DNA of 64,000 bases. Origin: Macrostomum lignano. Lineage: Eukaryota. Positions 48,184 to 59,664 of the stretch are shown piece after piece. The translations under genes were made by a program, and so were the position numbers. The notes under the pieces are model-generated. The model was not told the origin of the DNA, did no database searches, and was given only the letters and a program-made list of their open reading frames with translations. Position 1 is the stretch's first letter. Every line of letters begins with the position of its first letter. Location of the stretch: the NCBI GenBank assembly GCA_002269645.1, contig NIVC01000926.1, forward strand, positions 340,290-404,289. The letters are read 5' to 3'.

Positions 48184-48924
48184 CGTTTGAATGTTTTTTT
48201 TCACTATTAGTCTTTCAATCAAGCAAATTGAACGTACGAGCGTAGAAACCCGTCAGGAAAAAAGCCTTATTAACTATTGTGTTGGTCTGCGTTGACGGCT
48301 TGACGCATTTGACGCAGGCACAGCGCTGTGTCCTGCGTCAGTCACTGACGCATAGGGGGGTGTCATACAATAACAAAATACTCCCTATTAGACAGGACAA
48401 AATGGTGATTTACATGTATCTACAAGAAATTAAAATTCCGATTAAAAACAGTCTCATTCATTAATTATCCTCCCACGAGTGTAGCTGCTGAGTATACATT
48501 TTCCGCCTCCAGAGTCTGGACCCTTTCTGATAAAGGTGCGTGCACGATTTGGTGATGCCACGTTGTCAAATACAGTTTTAAACAAACATTGCTTAAAGTT
48601 TTTACCCTTGCGCCTTGAACGTGTAGTCTATCCAAAGCTTTTATCAAAGTTTAAAAAACGCCACTTAATGACTTAAGATCTAAGTTATCTGCCGTTTTTA
48701 CTTATTTTTTCTTTTCCCCGGGGTCCCCGGGGTCCCTGGGGAATGACAGTAAATTCCCCGGGTCCCCAATAAGAAAATTCCCCGGGGAATCGACATCCCT
48801 AATGAGTACAGTGCAAAGTGAAAATAGGATTTTGTCATCTATGCAATTAGAAAATAGAAAAAAATATTGTGGAATTCATGAGCAAGAAATCAATTAAAGA
48901 TTGGAACTGTAGTTGATATTTTTA

Positions 48925-49510
48925 GGGATCTGAAGTTGAGATTATTGGGGATCTAAAGTTGAGATTATTGGGGATCTAAAGTTGAAGTTTTTTTTGGGGA
49001 TCTGAAATTGAGATTATTGGGGATCTGAAGTTGAGATTATTGGGGACCTGAAGTTAAGATTATCGGGGATCTTAAGTTGAGATTATTGGGGATCTTAAGT
49101 TGAGATTATTGGGGATCTGAAGTTGAAGTTTTTTGGGGATCTGAAATGAGATTATTGGGGATCTGAAGTTGAGATTATCGGGGATCTGAAGTTGAGATTA
49201 TTGGGGATCTGAAGTTGAGATTATTGGGATCTAAAGTTTAAATTATTGGGGATCTGAAGTTGAGATTATTGGGGATCTGAAGTTGAGATTATTGGGGATC
49301 TAAAGTTTAAATTATTGGGGATCTGAAGTTGAGATTATTGGGGATCTGAAGTTGAGATTATTGGGGATCTGATGTTGAGATTATTGGGGATCTGAAGTTG
49401 AGATTATTGGGGATCTGAAGTTGAGATTATTGGGGATCTGAAGTTGAGATTATTGGGAAACTGAAGTTTCGGTTTTTTACAATCTAAAATTGAGATTTTT
49501 GAGGATCTGA
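48925..49510. repeat. 23-bp minisatellite ggggatctgaagttgagattatt
   Basis: Tandem copies, intergenic. Confidence 0.95.
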
Positions 49511-51052
49511 ATTTAGGATTTAAAGATCTTGTAAAGTTGTAACCAGAACTGGGAAATTATAATTGAGTTTCTGGCATCTGAAAATGCAAATTATTTAAGT
49601 TTTATGTTAGCCTTACTAATAGTAGCACAATTCTACTTATTCAGCAATTTTTATTTAAAAAATAAAAGGACAACAAAAACTACGAGTAGAATAAAATTCT
49701 TCTTGCACAAGATGCATCATCCTGGTTTCCCGGGTATCAATCCTTTAATTCTAAGTTTAATGTTTGAAACTTTAATCGTTAGTAAAACTGCAAATGGTTA
49801 AAAACTGTTTACTGGAAAAAATTAGAAAAATGACAACTGTACTATGCTGCATACTGTACAAACAGTGAATATATGCGCTACTGTAGTGTACAGTGCATTG
49901 ATTGGGGTGTACACTTCAAGTTCAGCCAGCAAGGATAGAGGGGAGAGAGAGAAGGAAGGGAACGGGGAGAGAGTGGGTGTGAAATATGTGGCATCGCCTC
50001 TTTGGATTTGCATGGGTCCGGATGTGACTTGGCCTGTCTGCCCCAGCTAGGACTTGTGCGAATTTGGGTTTTTGGCTAAGTACACAGCTTAAGGCAGGGC
50101 TGGACTGTCTTTCTAGCTGCTAGCTAACAGGAGACTAAAAATAGCTCTTTCATAGCGTCATTTCACTTGCCTGCAAGCACTCTGTGCTACGCCCCATATC
50201 TCCTTTTCTCTCTCTCTACCCCTATAAGCTGAATGTATAACATCTATAATATACCGAAGTGTAGTTTATAAGCTAGCACCGTCTTTCCCTCAGTGTAGCT
50301 CGGCTTCTTTTCCTCTCTACACAGATAAGAAATAGGGATAGAGAAAGAGAGAACTGAGAAGGGCGAGAAAGAGAGACAGAGAGACTCGCAGAGTACAGTT
50401 GGGAACTGCCTGCTCACCAACTCTATTCGCTTACCCTCTCCACCCGCTCTCTGCCTGACCCTTGCTGCGCTTGCGTACTTGCACAGAAAACAAGGTAAGA
50501 GTGACACACAAACCGGCTTATGGGTAGAGAGATTCAGATTGTAAGAGAGGAGAGAGAAGAGAGGCATATAGAGAGAATTTCTCAGTCTGTTCAGCCGTAG
50601 CTAAGAGTAAAGAGGGTGACTGCTAGTCCAGGTGAGTTTCTCTCGCATCTGCCATAGGTTATATCCTCCTCCCCCTTGGTCTGCCCAACAGAATTAGACA
50701 GCTTTAAACTGGGCCTTATAAAGTAGCCAGCTGTCTGCTACTAGCTCAGCATCCTTCAAGCTTCATCAGAGAGCCAGAGTGAAATATAGATAATCCGATA
50801 GACCAACATATCTAATTACATTTTATATGTATAGAGATTTTAAAGCCGCTAGACTACAACAGGTATTATACACATTATAAATATTTATCAATGACCTTTG
50901 TAATGTACATATACTATATATAATATTACTAAATATGTACTTTTGTTTTTTAGACAGCGGCATCGCAGGCTACAGCAACAGGAGACGAACGCTCGAACGG
51001 TACCGGTTCACAGCAGCAGCAACAGCAAGCCAACGGTTCCAGCGCTAACAGC

Positions 51053-54000
51053 ATGTCTAACAATAGCCGATCAGCTGTTAACGGCACCAACGGTGTCGAG
51101 ATAGACGACTCGCTGTACAGTCGGCAGCTGTACGTGCTCGGTCACGAAGCTATGCGCAGTATGGCCACATCCAATGTGCTCATCTGCGGCCTGCGCGGTC
51201 TGGGCATTGAGATTGCTAAGAATGTCATCCTCGGCGGAGTGAAGTCGGTCAGCCTGATGGACAACTCGCTGCCAGATTGGTCAGACCTCACTAGCCAGTT
51301 CTACATTGACGAGTCAGATATTGGCGGCCCGAAATCCCGGGCTCAAATTTGTCTGCCTAAGCTGGCCGAACTCAACAATTATGTTCGAGTATCGGCGCTT
51401 GAAGGCGAACTAACTGAGGATGCGATTAAACAGTTCCGAGTTGTAGTGCTGACTGACTGGCCAATGGCTGAGCAGTTGCGCATTAATCAGGTGTGCAGGA
51501 AGCATGGGGCCAGGTTTATTACCGCCTCTGCTGCCGGCCTGTTTGGCGGCATCTTCTGCGACTTTGGCGATGCGTTCTCCGTTACTGACAAGAATGGCGA
51601 GCCGTGCAAGAATTTCATAGTAGACTGGATTGAGCAATCGGCAGATGGGACTGTGACCTGCGCTCAGGACTCTAGGCACGATCTGGAGGATGGGGACTAT
51701 GTCACCTTCACTGGGGTGCAGGGCATGACCCCGTTGAATGGCTGCGCTCCACGGAAAGTGCAGGTGAGTTGTGCCACGCTGGCTCTGGGTTTGAGAAGAA
51801 TGTTTTAGAATATTTAAAACGATTAAAAATCTCTCCCAAATCCACAAGAATCACTCATAAATCCAACTAAAATTATTAATAAATCCACCTAAAAAATCTC
51901 CTAAATTCTCGTAAGAATCGCTCCTAAATGCCCCTAAGAATCGCTCCTAAATATACCTAAAAATCCCTCCTAAATACACCTAAGAATCGCTGCTAAATAT
52001 ACCTAAGAATCGCTCCTAAATACACCTAAGAATCGCTCCTAAATATACCTAAGAATCGCTGCTAAATATACCTAAGAATCGCTCCTAAATAGACCTAAAA
52101 ATCGCTCCTAAATACACCTACGAATCGTTCCTAAATCTGCTAAGAATCGCTCTTATAAATCCATCTAAAAGTCACTTCTAAATCCTCTTAAGAATCACTC
52201 CTAAATCCCACTCGAATCGTCCATAAAATTAAATAGAAAAAAACACCCGTTTCAAGGACGTTTCGTCAGTTCACATTAATTTCCCAGGCTATGTACGCAA
52301 AGGTATTGCTTAGCTAGCATTTCCTCAGTATCAATTTTCTGCATTCCGCACTACATCAGTACCAAGTGCGGCCTGTTAAAGTTTAGTCAATTACTGTGCA
52401 CTAGTGACTGTCTGCCCCATGGCAGACCCAATGAGTTCAAGTATAAAAATAGATCTTCGTATATTTTTGCGTCAGTTTTACTACACCAAAAGTAAATTTC
52501 GATTGTCATGTACCTTGTTTATTACTCTACTAAGAGTAGAAATATGAAAATATGAAAACTAAATTTTCAGGTGGTGAACCCAAGCAGATTCAAAATCGGC
52601 GACACTAGCGGATTCCCGCCCTACGAGAAGGGCGGGTATTGCAAGGAAGTGAAAATGCCGGAACAGATCAGCTTTAAATCTCTGCAGGATGCATTGGCTA
52701 GTCCCGAGTTTGTCATCACGGACTTTGCCAAGTTTGACAGGCCGGCACAGATTCACGCACTGTTCCAGGTAATTTTTATTTCACTTAAATAATCACTGCA
52801 TATCTCAGCCACGGATCTATCAATCATCAGCTCATATCTATCAAACTGATCTATCAATCATCAGCTGACATCTATCAAACTGATCTATCAGTCATCAGCT
52901 GACATCTATCAAACTGATCCATCAATCACCAGCTGACATCTATCAAACTGATCTATCAATCATCAGCTCAAATCTATCAAACTGATCTATCAATCATTAG
53001 CTGACATCTATCGCACTGATCTATCGTGCAACTATCAATCCCCAGGCCCTGTCCGAGTTCGAATCCCGCCATTCGGGCCGCCGGCCGGAGCCCGGCAACG
53101 CCGCGGAAGCCGCCGAGCTGGCCAGAATCGCTGAGGAGATCGCCAAGCGCCAGGGTCTCGAGCCCGCCCCCGACCCCAAACTGGCGGCCACCTTCGCTCA
53201 GGTCAGCTCGGGTCAGCTGGCCCCGGTCCATGCCGTGATTGGCGGCACAGCCAGCCAGGAAGTGATGAAGGCCTGCTCTGGCAGGTTCAATCCTATCAGA
53301 CAGTTTCTGTACTTTGACGCGCTCGAATGCTTGCCCGAAGGTGCCGCACCCTCGGTGGCGCCAGCCGACGGGAAGCGGTACACCGGCCAGACTGCCGTGT
53401 TTGGTGACGAATTTCAGGTGAGCCAGTTTTCTAATTTATTTATTTTCCGAAATCCATGACATCTATAAGCATTTGCGCTACTTTAGATGGCTTAGTGTCA
53501 TTAGCTCGTAATTGTGAAATAGTTAGTCCCCAAATGGCAGGTGTCATTAATCCTCTATTGCCCAAATGCATTAATCCCTAAATTACAGGTGTCATTAATC
53601 CTCTATTGCCCAAATGCATTAATCCCTAAATGGCAGGTGTCATTAATCCTCTATTTTAAAATTCATTAATCCCTAAATGACAGGTGTCATTAATCCTCTA
53701 TTTTAAAATTCATTAATCCCTAAATGACAGGTGTCATTAATCCTCTATTGCCCAAGTGCATTAATCCCCAAATGACAGGTGTCATTAATCCTCTATTGCC
53801 CTAATTCTTAACCCCCAAATGACAGGTGTCATTAATCCTCTATTGCCCAAATGCATTAATCCCCAAATGGCAGGTGTCATTACTCCTTTATTGCCCAAAT
53901 GCATTACTCCCCAGATGACAGGTTTCATTAATCCTTTATTCCCCAACTTCTTTAATCCTCTATTGCCCAAATGCATTAATCCCCAAATGACAGGTGTCAT

Positions 54001-57000
54001 TAATCCTTTATTCCCCAAATTCATTAATCCCCTTATGGCAGGTGTCTTTAATCCTCTTTTGCCCAAATCAATTATTCTCCTTCCATCTGACAACTCACTT
54101 CAGTCTCGCCTCGGCTCCGCCCGAGTGTTCCTGGTTGGCGCAGGCGCTCTGGGCTGCGAGCTGTTGAAAAACTTCGCCCTGATGGGCATCGGCACCGGCA
54201 GCCGCGGTGGTCAGGTGATCGTCACCGACATGGACCGGATCGAGAAGAGCAATCTGAACCGGCAGTTCCTGTTCCGGCCCTGGGACATTGGCCGCGCCAA
54301 GTCCACAACTGTCGCCAAGGCTGCCATCAGGATGAATCCGAATTTCAAAGTCGAATCGCAGGAGAATCGAGTCGGTCCAGAGACCGAGGCCATCTATACC
54401 GATGATTTCTTTGAAAACCTCACCGTTGTTGTCAACGCATTGGACAACGTCGAGGCCAGGACTTACGTTGATCGGCGTTGTGTTTATTATAGGAAGCCGC
54501 TGATGGAGTCCGGCACCACAGGGACCAAAGCCAACACTCAGGTTGTGCTGCCGTTTCTCACCGAGTCCTACAGCAGCTCGCAGGATCCGCCGGAGAAAAC
54601 CACGCCAATTTGTACTCTGAAGAATTTCCCCTACCAGATTGAGCACACTATTCAGTGGGCTAGGTGAGTTGCCGTTTTTCACAATCACAGGTGCCATTTT
54701 TCTTTAATCACGGGTGCCATTTGTCTTAATCACGGGTGCCATTTTTCTTACTCACGGGTGCCATTTTTCTTAGTCACGGGTGCTACTTTGTTAGTCACGG
54801 GTGCCATTTTTCTTAATCACGGGTGCCATTTTTCTTAATCACGGGTGCCATTTGTCTTAGTCACGGGTTCCAGTTTTATTAATCACGGCTGTCATTTTTA
54901 TTAATCACGGCTGTCATTTTTATTAATCACGGCTGTCATTTTTATTAATCACGGGTGTCATTTTTATTAATCACGGCTGTCATTTTTATTAATCACGGGT
55001 TCCAGTTTTATTAATCACGGCTGTCATTTATATTAATCACGGCTGTCATTTTTATTAATCACGGGTGTCATTTTTTATCACGGGTTTATTATTAATCACG
55101 GGTTCCATTTTTATTAATCACGGTGCTATTTTTTTAAAGTCACAGGTGTATGAATTATAATTGCCAATATTTTGAGTTATTTTTTACTTTTCACCCAGGG
55201 ATTACCTGGAGGGCGTGTTCTGCCAACAGTCGCAGACTCTGCACCAGTTCCTTCACGATCCCACATTCATGGAGCGAACCCTGGCTCTGCCCGGCAACCA
55301 GGGCATTGAGACGCTGGAGGCCATCAAGACCAACCTGTTGGACAAGCGGCCGAAAGATTTTGCCGACTGCATCACCTGGGCCAGGATGCAGTTTGAAGAG
55401 ATCTTTAACAATCAGATTCGGCAGCTGTTGTTCAACTTTCGCCTAACCAGGTTTGTGCGGTTTTAATTGGTGTCAACCTTGGTTGACCTCAGTCCCATTG
55501 TGTGACCGTCCGTTATAGAAGACTTCTGCACTCAATTGATCCCAACCCCCTGCGTGGAATGCCTTCAGGTGACCCTATCTCTACCCCATTGATATCTTCA
55601 TGTGACCCCATCTACTGCACAATGTCCTCAGGTGACCTCATCTACCCCACAATGTCCTCAGGTGACCCCATCTACCCCACAATGTCCTCAGGTGACCCCA
55701 TCTACCCCACAATGTCCTCAGGTGACCCCATCTACCCCACAATGTCCTCAGGTGACCCATCTACCCCACAATGTCCTCAGGTGACCCCATCTACCCCACA
55801 ATGTCCTCAGGTGACCCCATCTACCCCACAATGTCCTCAGGTGACCCCATCTACTCCAAAATGTCCTCAGGTGACCCCATCTACCCCAAAATGTCCTCAG
55901 GTGACCCCATCTACTCCAAAATGTCCTCAGGTGACCCCATGTACCCCAAAATGTCTTCAGGTAACCCCATCTACCCCACAATGTCCTCAGGTGACCCCAT
56001 CTACTCCAAAATGTCCTCAGGTGACCCCATCTACCCCACAATGTCCTCAGGTGACCCCATCTACCCCACAATGTCCTCAGGTGACCTCATCGGGCGCTCC
56101 GTTCTGGAGCGGCGTGAAGAAGTGCCCAACTCCGCTGTCCTTCGACGCGGCCGACCCGACCCACTGCGAGTTCGTCACCGCCGCCGCCAACCTTCGCGCT
56201 TTCGTGTTCGGCGTCCCCGGGGCTTTCGGCGATCGCAAAGCCATCGGCCAGCTGGCGGGTTCCATCCGTGTGCCCGAGTTCGTGCCCCGGTCGGGCGTCC
56301 GCATAGCAACCAACGACACGGAGCTGCAGAGCCAGCTGTCCGTGTCCTCCTCGACCGAGCCGGACGCGCTGGACAATCTGGCCAAGGATCTGCTCGAAGC
56401 CAAGTCGCAGTTCGCCGCCTCCGGCCTCGCCGACTCCGTCCGAGTGGTGGAATTCGAGAAAGACGACGACTCGAACTATCACATGGATTTTATTACCGCT
56501 TGCAGCAACCTGAGGGCGGCCAACTACGATATTGAGCAGGCCGACCGGCACAAGACTAAACTCATTGCCGGCCGCATTGTGCCCGCCATCGCCACCACAA
56601 CCTCCGTAGCTGTCGGCCTGGTCTGCCTGGAGCTCTACAAACTGCTGCAGGGTCGGCAGAAGCTCGAGGACTACAAGAACGGCTTCTTGAATCTGGCGCA
56701 CCCGTTCTTCGCCTTCTCCGAGCCGCTGCCGCCTGCCAAGCACAAGTATCACGACACCGAGTTCACCCTGTGGGATCGGTTCGAGATTGACGGCGACATG
56801 ACTGTGCAGCAGTTGATTGATCATTTCCAGGTGAGTCTCCACTTAGTCTCTGGTAATTTTCTTCACTGTCTCAGTGTGAGCTTCAACTGTTATTGATTTC
56901 TTATTTGTAGGAGAAGCACAAGCTGGAGGTGACCATGATCACCCAGGGCATCTCCATGCTGTTCTCCTTCTTCATGCCGCCTGCCAAGAAGAAGGCTCGG

Positions 57001-57075
57001 CTCGGCTGCGAGTGAGTTGCAGGCTTTCATACTGCCTGACTGTGTCTGTCTGTCTCTATCTATCTATCTGTCTGT

Positions 57076-57159
<84 letters not shown>

Positions 57160-57379
57160 ATCAGTGTCCGCCAGTCTGTCAGTGAATCCTCAAGAGTCCC
57201 AGCCGCTCAGCTCTCCCTCCCGCCCCCGCAACCGCAGGATCTCTAAAGTGGTGGAGGAGGTCACCAAGAAGCCGATCCCGGCGCACGTCAAGAGCCTGGT
57301 CATCGAGCTGTCCTGCAACGACAGCGAAGGCGAAGACGTTGACGTGCCCTACGTGAAGTACAACCTGCCCGGCAAGTGA
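51053..57379 (+). CDS. UBA1: Ubiquitin-activating enzyme E1. Exons 51053-51763, 52571-52768, 53046-53417, 54104-54663, 55199-55450, 56081-56830, 56911-57011, 57238-57379; apparent 1-bp deletion near 55440
   Basis: [46 protein letters not shown], catalytic [61 protein letters not shown]. Exons sum to 3086 nt; adding 1 nt gives 1028 aa. Confidence 0.96.
51880..52210. repeat. UBA1 intronic 23-bp minisatellite cctaagaatcgctcctaaatata
   Basis: Tandem copies. Confidence 0.9.
52810..53040. repeat. UBA1 intronic 34-bp minisatellite atcagctgacatctatcaaactgatctatcaatc
   Basis: About 6-7 tandem copies. Confidence 0.9.
53530..54065. repeat. UBA1 intronic 48-bp minisatellite with internal palindrome aatgaca-gg-tgtcatt
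   Basis: About 11 tandem copies; explains the repeat part of ORF 53819..54667. Confidence 0.92.
54680..55150. repeat. UBA1 intronic 22-bp minisatellite aatcacgggtgccatttttctt
   Basis: Tandem copies. Confidence 0.92.
55560..56092. repeat. UBA1 intronic 30-bp minisatellite atgtcctcaggtgaccccatctaccccaca, ending across the true 3' splice site
   Basis: About 16-17 copies; the last copy reads cctcag|gtgacctcatcg into the exon. Confidence 0.95.
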
Positions 57380-58821
57380 GGCCACAGCTTGGCGGCCCAG
57401 ACTAGCGAAAGACTTCAACTAATGATTTTCGTGTTCATCCATGTTGTCACCAATCCAGGCCCGAGCTCTTCGGTTCTAAAATTAAAATTTCAGTTGTTAT
57501 TCCGCCGGTCTGTCGCAAGAGCAGAAACTCAACCCAACACTTCGATAACCCAAGTTCATTAATTATTAATAAATTTGAAGTCCCTGTTTGTGCAACCATT
57601 TTTGTGAAGCATAAAAAATTTAAATAACCGCGAAGTTTAACTCTCAGCGCACTTAAACAACATGGCTATTCAGAATTGCTAAGTTTAGTGGCTCTCTACC
57701 TGCGTGCATTAATTTTTCACTATAATAAATATTGCTTTATTTGTCAGTGAATTGCTAAATTTATCGTGTGCCCGAATACTTGCTAACTGAACTGTCAATC
57801 TTAAAGAGCATTATATTATTAATAAATAATAATTAGCAAGTAACTTGTCGGTCGTATTTTATTTCAACTGATGCTTTATCTGACAAATTATATATTGAAA
57901 TAATAATAATATTATAGTCTGTAATATTGATATCACTCCCCAAACCGTGGGAGTCCTGTGCTCTTTGTTATCCTTTAAGCCTTGGTCTTTGTTTCGTTAA
58001 TAAATTATGCATCGTACTTTTTAATAACAGAAAAACACAACTTTGCTACTTATAATTAGTGACTCAGTAGTGTAGTTATGACATTAGAACCGCAAATATC
58101 GATTATTTAACAAACATGGAAAGTTCCAATTTAAATATCCGCTTAGAATTGTATAGCAAATTGACTACCAATAGTTCAATGCATCAATTGTTATCCCTTT
58201 CGAATTCACCGTTAAGTCCCTGCTTCAAGCAGTTATATCCAATATCTTGTCTACTTTTTGGTCTTCTAAAAAAGCGCGCGCACCTGCGGCTGCCGCGCTG
58301 AGCAGTCGGTGCCAGCCCGCCGTTCACCCGCCTATTCAGGCCTGGATCTTTCTTTTTTAATTCTAGTATACTGAATAATATTATTTATACTTATGCTTGT
58401 CGACTGCTTATAAATTTCACAACTCGAATGCTTTTTTCTGCAATCCCGTCTTACAGGCCATAACTCCTCAGCCGCCACTGCATCATAAACAAAGCATGGG
58501 TCGGATTGGTGTGGAGAATGAGTCCGCGCTAATGAATTCCATTCATTTTGCTTTTGTCTCCGAATCCATTTAGGCCGTATGCTATCCGGTTGAATAATAA
58601 AACAGTATCGCCTCCATCGAGCGGTTCGCTTGCCCAACCCATCAATTTGTTTCGGCATTGAAAAATCCGTTTGTTCGTTTGTCGACTCCGTCATTTTCGG
58701 AAATCTACTAAAAGTAGTATAGTAAAATGATTGACATCTTTGAGAATGTAAAAATATCTCTAGGATTGCGTTTTTGAAGAAATGTGTTTTATTCATTATA
58801 CATTCATTATTCATTATACAT

Positions 58822-59084
58822 GTATTTTGACCGTGATTTTAATTGTGTGTACCTTCGGAATAGAAATACTTTTGCAAAAACGTAAAAGATTGTCATCATT
58901 GGCGAAGCGAAGCAAGGGCTCAGATACTACTCAACAGTAGTTAATATGCCGAAAATGGTTGATTACAATCAATCAGCATGATTGAATTAGTGGATGCATG
59001 CGCTTAGAACGAGTAGACTATTGCACATTGTCTACCGATATGCTGCGATCCGCCTCTAACACCGCTCACGCGGTCAAAAGTACA
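58822..59084. mobile_element. Possible MITE (~260 bp)
   Basis: Imperfect terminal inverted repeats gtattttgaccgtg / cgcggtcaaaagtac; internal gcgaagcgaagc motif. No clear TSD. Confidence 0.45.
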
Positions 59085-59664
59085 TAACGACATTCGTCAA
59101 AATACAAAAGCTCCGATTCGGCAATAATCAGTTGAAATGTAAATCGCATTATTGTAAAATCTTTTGTAGAAAAATCTGGAATTTAGAGGCATCCATATAT
59201 ACAGGTAATGAGAGAAGTGACTCGACTGGAATATTATGTACAAAATAGATTGGTAATTAGCTAGAGCGAGGACAATGGAAGCATCGAATAAAAAGAATGG
59301 CATTTGAGCGGCGCTTTGAAGGCTTCAATCCGTATAAATTAATAACTGGACAATGCATCACACCTGAATATTTCTTCATAAAATAGGAATTATCAAGGCA
59401 TCAGCAGTTAAAAAAATAAACAAACTTTTTTCCGACTGGGAAGTTGTTTTCGATACATATCGTATGCTTCACATGCTATAAATAACAATTCAATTTAAGC
59501 CGGAAGGCCAAAACCGATATTATACAAACATACTGATCCTGCATAAAAACTTAATTTAATAATTTAAGCTAAAAACGATACACAAATATCGCTCTAAAAT
59601 GTTCTTTTCGATACATATCGGCATATTTACAAAGAGTGTAAAATTTGCATCAAATTAATTCGCG

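Larger units (their letters stand above)
47418..48801. mobile_element. Non-autonomous hAT-type element, 1384 bp including two nested insertions
   Basis: Ends tagggatattga..ccccgggga / tccccggggaatcgacatcccta; perfect 8-bp TSD ATGAGTAC at 47410-47417 and 48802-48809; GC-rich ccccgggg subterminal repeats. Confidence 0.9.
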
